This document shows positions 48,201 through 60,200 of a stretch of DNA of 64,000 nt, one piece after another. Numbering within the stretch: position 1 is the first letter of the stretch; every line of letters starts with the position of its first letter. The translations under genes and the position numbers were made by a program. Origin of the DNA: Bugula neritina (Eukaryota > Animalia > Bryozoa); contig OZ037767.1 of NCBI GenBank assembly GCA_964035545.1, positions 13,005,801 to 13,069,800 of the forward strand. Direction: 5' to 3'. The notes under the pieces were generated by a model. That model did not search any database and was not told the origin of the DNA. It was given only the letters and a program-made list of their open reading frames with translations.

Positions 48201-51200
48201 TAGTGGTTGGTGTTGTAGTAGTGGTTGGTGTTGTAGTAGTGGTTGGTGTTGTAGTAGTGGTTGGTGTTGTCGTGGTAGTGGGTGTTATTGTGGTTGTGGG
48301 TGTGGTAGTAGTTGTGGGTGTTGTAGTGGTGGTGGGTGTTGTTGTGGTTGTGGGTGTTGTTGTGGTTGTGGGTGTGGTAGTAGTTGTGGGTGTCGTAGTA
48401 GTGGTTGGTGTTGTAGTAGTGGTTGGTGTTGTAGTATTGGTTGGTGTTGTCGTGGTAGTGGGTGTTGTCGTGGTTGTGGGCGTGGTAGTAGTGGTTGGTA
48501 GTGTAGTGGTGGTGGGTGTTGTAGTAGTGGTTGGTGTTGTAGTAGTGGTTGGTGTTGTAGTAGTGGTTGGTGTTGTAGTCGTGCTGGGTGTTGTCGTGGT
48601 TGTGGGTGTTGTTGTCGTTGTAGGTGTGGTAGTAGTTGTGGGTCTTGTAGTAGTGGTTGGAGTTGTAGTAGTGGTTGGTGTTGTCGTGGTGGTGGGTGTT
48701 GTCGTGGTTGTGGGTGTGGTAGTAGTGGTTGGTGTTGTAGTGGTGGTGGGTGTTGTTGTGGTTGTGGGTGTTGTTGTGAATGTGGGTGTGGTAGTAGTTG
48801 TGGGTGTCGTAGTAGTGGTGGGTGTTGTCGTGGTAGTGGGTGTTGTCGTGGTTGTGGGCGTGGTAGTAGTTGTAGGTGTTGTAGTAGTGGTGGGTGTTGT
48901 TGTGGTTGTGGGTGTTGTTGTGGTTGTGGGTGTTGTAGTAGTCGTGGGTGTTGTAGTAGTGGTTGGTGTTGTAGTGGTGGTTAGTAATGTAGTGGTTGTG
49001 GGTGTGGTAGTAGTGGTTGGTGTTGTAGTGGTGGTGGGTGTTGTTGTGGTTGTGGGCGTGGTAGTAGTTGTAGGTGTTGTAGTAGTGGTGGGTGTTGTTG
49101 TGGTTGTGGGTGTTGTTGTGGTTGCGGGTGTTGTAATAGCCGTGGGTGTTGTAGTAGTGGTTGGTGTTGTAGTGGTGGTTAGTAATGTAGTGGTTGTGGG
49201 TGTGGTAGTAGTGGTTGGTGTTGTAGTAGTGGTTGGTGTTGTCGTGGTTGTGGGTGTTGTTGTGGTTGTGGGCGTGGTAGTAGTTGTGGGTGTTGTAGTA
49301 GTGGTTGGTGTTGTCGTGGTAGTGGGTGTTGTCGTGGTTGTGGGCGTGGTAGTAGTGGTTGGTGTTGTAGTGGTGGTGGGTGTTGTCTTGGTTGTGGGTG
49401 TTGTTGTGGTTGTGGGTGTGGTAGTAGTTGTGGGTGTTGTAGTAGTGGTTGGTGTGGTAGTGGTGGTTGGTGTTGTGGTAGTGGTTGGTGTTGTAGTAGT
49501 AGTTGGTGTTGTGGTTGTGGTTGGTGTTGTAGTAGTGGTTGGTGTTGTAGTCGTGCTAGGTGTTGTCGTGGTTGTGGGTGTTGTTGTGGTTGTAGGTGTG
49601 GTAGTAGTTGTGGGTGTTGTAATAGTGCTTGGTGTTGTAGTAGTGGTTGGTGTTGTAGTATTGGTTGGTGTTGTCGTGGTAGTGGGTGTTGTTGTGGTTG
49701 TGGGTGTTGTAGTAGTGGTTGGTGTTGTAGTAGTGGTTAGTGTGGTAGTGGTGGTTGGTGTTGTGGTAGTGGTTGGAGTTGTGGTTGTGGTTGGTGTTGT
49801 AGTAGTGGTTGGTGTTGTAGTCGTGCTGGGTCTTGTCGTGGTTGTGGGTGTTGTTGTGATTGTAGGTGTGGTAGTAGTTGTGGGTGTTGTAGTAGTGGTT
49901 GGTGTTGTAGTAGTGGTTGGTGTTGTCGTGGTAGTGGGTGTTGTTGTGGTTGTGGGTGTGGTAGTAGTGGTTGGTGTTGTAGTGGTGGTGGGTGTTGTAG
50001 TAGTGGTTGGTGTTGTAGTCGTGCTGGGTGTTGTCGTGGTTGTGGGTGTTGTCGTGGTGGTGGGTGTTCTCGTGGTTGTGGGCGTGGTAGTAGTGGTTGT
50101 TGTTGTAGTGGTGGAGGGTGTTGTTGTAGTTGTGGGTGTTGTTGTGATTGTGGGTGTGATAGTAGTTGTGGGTCTTGTAGTAGTGGTTGGTGTTGTTGTG
50201 GTTGTGGGTGTTGTTGTGGTTGTGGGTGTTGTAGTAGTGGTTGGTATTGTAGTAGTGGTTAGTGTGGTAGTGGTGGTTGGTGTTGTAGTGGTGGTTAGTA
50301 ATGTAGTGGTTGTGGGTGTGGTAGTAGTGGTTGGTGTTGTAGCGGTGGTGGGTGTTGTTGTGGTTGTGGGCGTGGTAGTAGTTGTAGGTGTTGTAGTAGT
50401 GGTGGGTGTTGTTGTGGTTGTGGGTGTTGTTGTGGTTGCGGGTGTTGTAGTAGCCGTGGGTGTTGTTGTAGTGGTTGGTGTTGTAGTGGTGGTTAGTAAT
50501 GTAGTGGTTGTGGGTGTGGTAGTAGTGGTTGGTGTTGTAGTAGTGGTTGGTGTTGTAGTAGTGGTTGGTGTTGTCGTGGTAGTGGGTGTTGTCGTGGTTG
50601 TGGGCGTGGTAGTAGTGGTTGGTGTTGTAGTGGTGGTGGGTGTTGTCTTGGTTGTGGGTGTTGTTGTGGTTGTGGGTGTGGTAGTAGTTGTGGGTGTTGT
50701 AGTAGTGGTTGGTGTGGTAGTGGTGGTTGGTGTTGTGGTAGTGGTTGGTGTTGTAGTAGTAGTTGGTGTTGTGGTTGTGGTTGGTGTTGTAGTAGTGGTT
50801 GGTGTTGTAGTCGTGCTAGGTGTTGTCGTGGTTGTGGGTGTTGTTGTGGTTGTAGGTGTGGTAGTAGTTGTGGGTGTTGTAATAGTGCTTGGTGTTGTAG
50901 TAGTGGTTGGTGTTATCGTAGTAGTGGGTGTTGTCGTGGTTGTGGGCGTGGTAGTAGTTGTTGGTGTTGTAGTGGTGGTGGGTGTTGTTGTGGTTGTGGG
51001 TGTTGTTGTGATTGTGGGTGTGATAGTAGTTGTGGGTCTTGTAGTAGTGGTTGGTGTTGTTGTGGTTGTGGGTGTTGTTGTGGTTGTGGGTGTTGTAGTA
51101 GTGGTTGGTGTTGTAGTAGTGGTTAGTGTGGTAGTGGTGGTTGGTGTTGTGGTAGTGGTTGGAGTTGTGGTTGTGGTTGGTGTTGTAGTAGTGGTTGGTG

Positions 51201-54200
51201 TTGTAGTCGTGCTGGGTCTTGTCGTGGTTGTGGGTGTTGTTGTGGTTGTAGGTGTGGTAGTAGTTGTGGGTGTTGTAGTAGTGGTTGGTGTTGTAGTAGT
51301 GGTTGGTGTTGTCGTGGTAGTGGGTGTTGTTGTGGTTGTGGGTGTGGTAGTAGTGGTTGGTGTTGTAGTGGTGGTGGGTGTTGTAGTAGTGGTTGGTGTT
51401 GTAGTCGTGCTGGGTGTTGTCGTGGTTGTGGGTGTTGTCGTGGTGGTGGGTGTTCTCGTGGTTGTGGGCGTGGTAGTAGTGGTTGTTGTTGTAGTGGTGG
51501 AGGGTGTTGTTGTAGTTGTGAGTGTTGTTGTGATTGTGGGTGTGATAGTAGTTGTGGGTCTTGTAGTAGTGGTTGGTGTTGTTGTGGTTGTGGGTGTTGT
51601 TGTGGTTGTGGGTGTTGTAGTAGTGGTTGGTATTGTAGTAGTGGTTAGTGTGGTAGTGGTGGTTGGTGTTGTAGTAGTGGTTAGAGTTGTGGTTGTGGTT
51701 GGTGTTGTAGTAGTGGTTGGTGTTGTAGTCGTGCTGGGTCTTGTCGTGGTTGTGGGTGTTGTTGTGGTTGTAGGTGTGGTAGTAGTTGTGGGTGTTGTAG
51801 TAGTGGTTGGTGTGGTAGTGGTGGTTGGTGTTGTGGTAGTGGTTGGTGTTGTAGTAGTAGTTGGTGTTGTGGTTGTGGTTGGTGTTGTAGTAGTGGTTGG
51901 TGTTGTAGTCGTGCTAGGTGTTGTCGTGGTTGTGGGTGTTGTTGTGGTTGTAGGTGTGGTAGTAGTTGTGGGTGTTGTAATAGTGCTTGGTGTTGTAGTA
52001 GTGGTTGGTGTTATCGTAGTAGTGGGTGTTGTCGTGGTTGTGGGCGTGGTAGTAGTTGTTGGTGTTGTAGTGGTGGTGGGTGTTGCTGTGGTTGTGGGTG
52101 TTGTTGTGATTGTGGGTGTGATAGTAGTTGTGGGTCTTGTAGTAGTGGTTGGTGTTGTTGTGGTTGTGGGTGTTGTTGTGGTTGTGGGTGTTGTAGTAGT
52201 GGTTGGTGTTGTAGTAGTGGTTAGTGTGGTAGTGGTGGTTGGTGTTGTGGTAGTGGTTGGAGTTGTGGTTGTGGTTGGTGTTGTAGTAGTGGTTGGTGTT
52301 GTAGTCGTGCTGGGTCTTGTCGTGGTTGTGGGTGTTGTTGTGGTTGTAGGTGTGGTAGTAGTTGTGGGTGTTGTAGTAGTGGTTGGTGTTGTAGTAGTGG
52401 TTGGTGTTGTCGTGGTAGTGGGTGTTGTTGTGGTTGTGGGTGTGGTAGTAGTGGTTGGTGTTGTAGTGGTGGTGGGTGTTGTAGTAGTGGTTGGTGCTGT
52501 AGTCGTGCTGGGTGTTGTCGTGGTTGTGGGTGTTGTCGTGGTGGTGGGTGTTCTCGTGGTTGTGGGCGTGGTAGTAGTGGTTGTTGTTGTAGTGGTGGAG
52601 GGTGTTGTTGTAGTTGTGAGTGTTGTTGTGATTGTGGGTGTGATAGTAGTTGTGGGTCTTGTAGTAGTGGTTGGTGTTGTTGTGGTTGTGGGTGTTGTTG
52701 TGGTTGTGGGTGTTGTTGTGGTTCCGGGTGTTGTAGTAGCCGTGGGTGTTGTAGTAGTGGTTGGTGTTGTAGTGGTGGTTAGTAATGTAGTGGTTGTGGG
52801 TGTGGTAGTAGTGGTTGGTGTTGTAGTAGTGGTTGGTGTTGTTGTGGTTGTGGGTGTTGTTGTGGTTGTGGGCGTGGTAGTAGTTGTGGGTGTTGTAGTA
52901 GTGGTTGGTGTTGTCGTGGTAGTGGGTGTTGTCGTGGTTGTGGGCGTGGTAGTAGTGGTTGGTGTTGTAGTGGTGGTGGGTGTTGTCTTGGTTGTGGGTG
53001 TTGTTGTGGTTGTGGGTGTGGTAGTAGTTGTGGGTGTTGTAGTAGTGGTTGGTGTGGTAGTGGTGGTTGGTGTTGTGGTAGTGGTTGGTGTTGTAGTAGT
53101 AGTTGGTGTTGTGGTTGTGGTTGGTGTTGTAGTAGTGGTTGGTGTTGTAGTCGTGCTAGGTGTTGTCGTGGTTGTGGGTGTTGTTGTGGTTGTAGGTGTG
53201 GTAGTAGTTGTGGGTGTTGTAATAGTGCTTGGTGTTGTAGTAGTAGTTGGTGTTATCGTGGTAGTGGGTGTTGTCGTGGTTGTGGGCGTGGTAGTAGTTG
53301 TTGGTGTTGTAGTGGTGGTGGGTGTTGTTGTGGTTGTGGGTGTTGTTGTGATTGTGGGTGTGATAGTAGTTGTGGGTCTTGTAGTAGTGGTTGGTGTTGT
53401 TGTGGTTGTGGGTGTTGTTGTGGTTGTGGGTGTTGTAGTAGTGGTTGGTGTTGTAGTAGTGGTTAGTGTGGTAGTGGTGGTTGGTGTTGTGGTAGTGGTT
53501 GGAGTTGTGGTTGTGGTTGGTGTTGTAGTAGTGGTTGGTGTTGTAGTCGTGCTGGGTCTTGTCGTGGTTGTGGGTGTTGTTGTGGTTGTAGGTGTGGTAG
53601 TAGTTGTGGGTGTTGTAGTAGTGGTTGGTGTTGTAGTAGTGGTTGGTGTTGTCGTGGTAGTGGGTGTTGTTGTGGTTGTGGGTGTGGTAGTAGTGGTTGG
53701 TGTTGTAGTGGTGGTGGGTGTTGTAGTAGTGGTTGGTGTTGTAGTCGTGCTGGGTGTTGTCGTGGTTGTGGGTGTTGTCGTGGTAGTGGGTGTTCTCGTG
53801 GTTGTGGGCGTGGTAGTAGTGGTTGGTGTTGTAGTGGTGGTGGGTGTTGTTGTAGTTGCGGGTGTTGTTGTGGTTGTGGGTGTGGTAGTAGTTGTGGGTG
53901 TCGTAGTAGTGGTTGGTGTGGTAGTAGTTGTCGGTGTTGTAGTAGTGGTTGGTGTTGTCGTGGTAGTGGGTGTTGTAGTCGTGCTGGGTGTTGTCGTGGT
54001 TGTGGGTGTTGTTGTCGTTGTAGGTGTGGTAGTAGTTGTGGGTCTTGTAGTAGTGGTTGGAGTTGTAGTAGTGGTTGGTGTTGTCGTGGTGGTGGGTGTT
54101 GTCGTGGTTGTGGGTGTGGTAGTAGTGGTTGGTGTTGTAGTGGTGGTGGGTGTTGTTGTGGTTGTGGGTGTTGTTGTGGTTGTGGGTGTGGTAGTAGTTG

Positions 54201-57200
54201 TGGGTGTCGTAGTAGTGGTGGGTGTTGTCGTGGTAGTGGGTGTTGTCGTGGTTGTGGGCGTGGTAGTAGTTGTAGGTGTTGTAGTAGTGGTGGGTGTTGT
54301 TGTGGTTGTGGGTGTTGTTGTGGTTGTGGGTGTTGTAGTAGTCATGGGTGTTGTAGTAGTGGTTGGTGTTGTAGTGGTGGTTAGTAGTGTAGTGGTTGTG
54401 GGTGTGGTAGTAGTGGTTGGTGTTGTAGTGGTGGTGGGTGTTGTTGTGGTTGTGGGTGTTGTTGTGGTTGTGGGTGTGGTAGTAGTTGTGGGTGTCGTAG
54501 TAGTGGTTGGTGTGGTAGTAGTTGTCGGTGTTGTAGTAGTGGTTGGTGTTGTCGTGGTAGTGGGTGTTGTCGTGGTTGTGGGTGTTGTAGTAGTGGTTGG
54601 TGTTGTAGTGGTGGTGGGTGTTGTTGTGGTTGTGGGTGTTGTTGTGGTTGTGGGTGTTGTTGTGGTGGTGGGTGTTGTAGTAGTGGTGGGTGTTGTAGTG
54701 GTGGTTGGTGTTGTAGTAGTGGTTGGTGTTGTCGTGGTAGTGGGTGTTGTTGTGGTTGTGGGTGTGGTAGTAGTGGTTGGTGTTGTAGTGGTGGTGGGTG
54801 TTGTCGTGGTTGTGGGTGTTGTCGTGGTAGTGGGTGTTGTCGTGGTTGTGGGCGTGGTAGTAGTGGTTGGTGTTGTAGTAGTGGTTGGTGTTGTAGTAGT
54901 GGTTGGTGTTGTAGTAGTGGTTGGTGTTGTCGTGGTAGTGGGTGTTATTGTGGTTGTGGGTGTGGTAGTAGTTGTGGGTGTTGTAGTGGTGGTGGGTGTT
55001 GTTGTGGTTGTGGGTGTTGTTGTGGTTGTGGGTGTGGTAGTAGTTGTGGGTGTCGTAGTAGTGGTTGGTGTTGTAGTAGTGGTTGGTGTTGTAGTATTGG
55101 TTGGTGTTGTCGTGGTAGTGGGTGTTGTCGTGGTTGTGGGCGTGGTAGTAGTGGTTGGTAGTGTAGTGGTGGTGGGTGTTGTAGTAGTGGTTGGTGTTGT
55201 AGTAGTGGTTGGTGTTGTAGTAGTGGTTGGTGTTGTAGTCGTGCTGGGTGTTGTCGTGGTTGTGGGTGTTGTTGTCGTTGTAGGTGTGGTAGTAGTTGTG
55301 GGTCTTGTAGTAGTGGTTGGAGTTGTAGTAGTGGTTGGTGTTGTCGTGGTGGTGGGTGTTGTCGTGGTTGTGGGTGTGGTAGTAGTGGTTGGTGTTGTAG
55401 TGGTGGTGGGTGTTGTTGTGGTTGTGGGTGTTGTTGTGAATGTGGGTGTGGTAGTAGTTGTGGGTGTCGTAGTAGTGGTGGGTGTTGTCGTGGTAGTGGG
55501 TGTTGTCGTGGTTGTGGGCGTGGTAGTAGTTGTAGGTGTTGTAGTAGTGGTGGGTGTTGTTGTGGTTGTGGGTGTTGTTGTGGTTGTGGGTGTTGTAGTA
55601 GTCGTGGGTGTTGTAGTAGTGGTTGGTGTTGTAGTGGTGGTTAGTAATGTAGTGGTTGTGGGTGTGGTAGTAGTGGTTGGTGTTGTAGTGGTGGTGGGTG
55701 TTGTTGTGGTTGTGGGCGTGGTAGTAGTTGTAGGTGTTGTAGTAGTGGTGGGTGTTGTTGTGGTTGTGGGTGTTGTTGTGGTTGCGGGTGTTGTAATAGC
55801 CGTGGGTGTTGTAGTAGTGGTTGGTGTTGTAGTGGTGGTTAGTAATGTAGTGGTTGTGGGTGTGGTAGTAGTGGTTGGTGTTGTAGTAGTGGTTGGTGTT
55901 GTCGTGGTTGTGGGTGTTGTTGTGGTTGTGGGCGTGGTAGTAGTTGTGGGTGTTGTAGTAGTGGTTGGTGTTGTCGTGGTAGTGGGTGTTGTCGTGGTTG
56001 TGGGCGTGGTAGTAGTGGTTGGTGTTGTAGTGGTGGTGGGTGTTGTCTTGGTTGTGGGTGTTGTTGTGGTTGTGGGTGTGGTAGTAGTTGTGGGTGTTGT
56101 AGTAGTGGTTGGTGTGGTAGTGGTGGTTGGTGTTGTGGTAGTGGTTGGTGTTGTAGTAGTAGTTGGTGTTGTGGTTGTGGTTGGTGTTGTAGTAGTGGTT
56201 GGTGTTGTAGTCGTGCTAGGTGTTGTCGTGGTTGTGGGTGTTGTTGTGGTTGTAGGTGTGGTAGTAGTTGTGGGTGTTGTAATAGTGCTTGGTGTTGTAG
56301 TAGTGGTTGGTGTTATCGTAGTAGTGGGTGTTGTCGTGGTTGTGGGCGTGGTAGTAGTTGTTGGTGTTGTAGTGGTGTTGGGTGTTGTTGTGGTTGTGGG
56401 TGTTGTTGTGATTGTGGGTGTGATAGTAGTTGTGGGTCTTGTAGTAGTGGTTGGTGTTGTTGTGGTTGTGGGTGTTGTTGTGGTTGTGGGTGTTGTAGTA
56501 GTGGTTGGTGTTGTAGTAGTGGTTAGTGTGGTAGTGGTGGTTGGTGTTGTGGTAGTGGTTGGAGTTGTGGTTGTGGTTGGTGTTGTAGTAGTGGTTGGTG
56601 TTGTAGTCGTGCTGGGTCTTGTCGTGGTTGTGGGTGTTGTTGTGATTGTAGGTGTGGTAGTAGTTGTGGGTGTTGTAGTAGTGGTTGGTGTTGTAGTAGT
56701 GGTTGGTGTTGTCGTGGTAGTGGGTGTTGTTGTGGTTGTGGGTGTGGTAGTAGTGGTTGGTGTTGTAGTGGTGGTGGGTGTTGTAGTAGTGGTTGGTGTT
56801 GTAGTCGTGCTGGGTGTTGTCGTGGTTGTGGGTGTTGTCGTGGTGGTGGGTGTTCTCGTGGTTGTGGGCGTGGTAGTAGTGGTTGTTGTTGTAGTGGTGG
56901 AGGGTGTTGTTGTAGTTGTGGGTGTTGTTGTGATTGTGGGTGTGATAGTAGTTGTGGGTCTTGTAGTAGTGGTTGGTGTTGTTGTGGTTGTGGGTGTTGT
57001 TGTGGTTGTGGGTGTTGTAGTAGTGGTTGGTATTGTAGTAGTGGTTAGTGTGGTAGTGGTGGTTGGTGTTGTAGTAGTGGTTGGAGTTGTGGTTGTGGTT
57101 GGTGTTGTAGTAGTGGTTGGTGTTGTAGTCGTGCTGGGTCTTGTCGTGGTTGTGGGTGTTGTTGTGGTTGCAGGTGTGGTAGTAGTTGTGGGTGTTGTAG

Positions 57201-60200
57201 TAGTGGTTGGTGTTGTAGTAGTGGTTGGTGTTGTCGTGGTAGTGGGTGTTGTTGTGGTTGTGGGTGTGGTAGTAGTGGTTGGTGTTGTAGTGGTGGTTAG
57301 TAATGTAGTGGTTGTGGGTGTGGTAGTAGTGGTTGGTGTTGTAGTGGTGGTGGGTGTTGTTGTGGTTGTGGGCGTGGTAGTAGTTGTAGGTGTTGTAGTA
57401 GTGGTGGGTGTTGTTGTGGTTGTGGGTGTTGTTGTGGTTGCGGGTGTTGTAATAGCCGTGGGTGTTGTAGTAGTGGTTGGTGTTGTAGTGGTGGTTAGTA
57501 ATGTAGTGGTTGTGGGTGTGGTAGTAGTGGTTGGTGTTGTAGTAGTGGTTGGTGTTGTCGTGGTTGTGGGTGTTGTTGTGGTTGTGGGCGTGGTAGTAGT
57601 TGTGGGTGTTGTAGTAGTGGTTGGTGTTGTCGTGGTAGTGGGTGTTGTCGTGGTTGTGGGCGTGGTAGTAGTGGTTGGTGTTGTAGTGGTGGTGGGTGTT
57701 GTCTTGGTTGTGGGTGTTGTTGTGGTTGTGGGTGTGGTAGTAGTTGTGGGTGTTGTAGTAGTGGTTGGTGTGGTAGTGGTGGTTGGTGTTGTGGTAGTGG
57801 TTGGTGTTGTAGTAGTAGTTGGTGTTGTGGTTGTGGTTGGTGTTGTAGTAGTGGTTGGTGTTGTAGTCGTGCTAGGTGTTGTCGTGGTTGTGGGTGTTGT
57901 TGTGGTTGTAGGTGTGGTAGTAGTTGTGGGTGTTGTAATAGTGCTTGGTGTTGTAGTAGTGGTTGGTGTTGTAGTATTGGTTGGTGTTGTCGTGGTAGTG
58001 GGTGTTGTTGTGGTTGTGGGTGTTGTAGTAGTGGTTGGTGTTGTAGTAGTGGTTAGTGTGGTAGTGGTGGTTGGTGTTGTGGTAGTGGTTGGAGTTGTGG
58101 TTGTGGTTGGTGTTGTAGTAGTGGTTGGTGTTGTAGTCGTGCTGGGTCTTGTCGTGGTTGTGGGTGTTGTTGTGATTGTAGGTGTGGTAGTAGTTGTGGG
58201 TGTTGTAGTAGTGGTTGGTGTTGTAGTAGTGGTTGGTGTTGTCGTGGTAGTGGGTGTTGTTGTGGTTGTGGGTGTGGTAGTAGTGGTTGGTGTTGTAGTG
58301 GTGGTGGGTGTTGTAGTAGTGGTTGGTGTTGTAGTCGTGCTGGGTGTTGTCGTGGTTGTGGGTGTTGTCGTGGTGGTGGGTGTTCTCGTGGTTGTGGGCG
58401 TGGTAGTAGTGGTTGTTGTTGTAGTGGTGGAGGGTGTTGTTGTAGTTGTGGGTGTTGTTGTGATTGTGGGTGTGATAGTAGTTGTGGGTCTTGTAGTAGT
58501 GGTTGGTGTTGTTGTGGTTGTGGGTGTTGTTGTGGTTGTGGGTGTTGTAGTAGTGGTTGGTATTGTAGTAGTGGTTAGTGTGGTAGTGGTGGTTGGTGTT
58601 GTAGTGGTGGTTAGTAATGTAGTGGTTGTGGGTGTGGTAGTAGTGGTTGGTGTTGTAGCGGTGGTGGGTGTTGTTGTGGTTGTGGGCGTGGTAGTAGTTG
58701 TAGGTGTTGTAGTAGTGGTGGGTGTTGTTGTGGTTGTGGGTGTTGTTGTGGTTGCGGGTGTTGTAGTAGCCGTGGGTGTTGTTGTAGTGGTTGGTGTTGT
58801 AGTGGTGGTTAGTAATGTAGTGGTTGTGGGTGTGGTAGTAGTGGTTGGTGTTGTAGTAGTGGTTGGTGTTGTAGTAGTGGTTGGTGTTGTCGTGGTAGTG
58901 GGTGTTGTCGTGGTTGTGGGCGTGGTAGTAGTGGTTGGTGTTGTAGTGGTGGTGGGTGTTGTCTTGGTTGTGGGTGTTGTTGTGGTTGTGGGTGTGGTAG
59001 TAGTTGTGGGTGTTGTAGTAGTGGTTGGTGTGGTAGTGGTGGTTGGTGTTGTGGTAGTGGTTGGTGTTGTAGTAGTAGTTGGTGTTGTGGTTGTGGTTGG
59101 TGTTGTAGTAGTGGTTGGTGTTGTAGTCGTGCTAGGTGTTGTCGTGGTTGTGGGTGTTGTTGTGGTTGTAGGTGTGGTAGTAGTTGTGGGTGTTGTAATA
59201 GTGCTTGGTGTTGTAGTAGTGGTTGGTGTTATCGTAGTAGTGGGTGTTGTCGTGGTTGTGGGCGTGGTAGTAGTTGTTGGTGTTGTAGTGGTGGTGGGTG
59301 TTGTTGTGGTTGTGGGTGTTGTTGTGATTGTGGGTGTGATAGTAGTTGTGGGTCTTGTAGTAGTGGTTGGTGTTGTTGTGGTTGTGGGTGTTGTTGTGGT
59401 TGTGGGTGTTGTAGTAGTGGTTGGTGTTGTAGTAGTGGTTAGTGTGGTAGTGGTGGTTGGTGTTGTGGTAGTGGTTGGAGTTGTGGTTGTGGTTGGTGTT
59501 GTAGTAGTGGTTGGTGTTGTAGTCGTGCTGGGTCTTGTCGTGGTTGTGGGTGTTGTTGTGGTTGTAGGTGTGGTAGTAGTTGTGGGTGTTGTAGTAGTGG
59601 TTGGTGTTGTAGTAGTGGTTGGTGTTGTCGTGGTAGTGGGTGTTGTTGTGGTTGTGGGTGTGGTAGTAGTGGTTGGTGTTGTAGTGGTGGTGGGTGTTGT
59701 AGTAGTGGTTGGTGTTGTAGTCGTGCTGGGTGTTGTCGTGGTTGTGGGTGTTGTCGTGGTGGTGGGTGTTCTCGTGGTTGTGGGCGTGGTAGTAGTGGTT
59801 GTTGTTGTAGTGGTGGAGGGTGTTGTTGTAGTTGTGAGTGTTGTTGTGATTGTGGGTGTGATAGTAGTTGTGGGTCTTGTAGTAGTGGTTGGTGTTGTTG
59901 TGGTTGTGGGTGTTGTTGTGGTTGTGGGTGTTGTAGTAGTGGTTGGTATTGTAGTAGTGGTTAGTGTGGTAGTGGTGGTTGGTGTTGTAGTAGTGGTTAG
60001 AGTTGTGGTTGTGGTTGGTGTTGTAGTAGTGGTTGGTGTTGTAGTCGTGCTGGGTCTTGTCGTGGTTGTGGGTGTTGTTGTGGTTGTAGGTGTGGTAGTA
60101 GTTGTGGGTGTTGTAGTAGTGGTTGGTGTGGTAGTGGTGGTTGGTGTTGTGGTAGTGGTTGGTGTTGTAGTAGTAGTTGGTGTTGTGGTTGTGGTTGGTG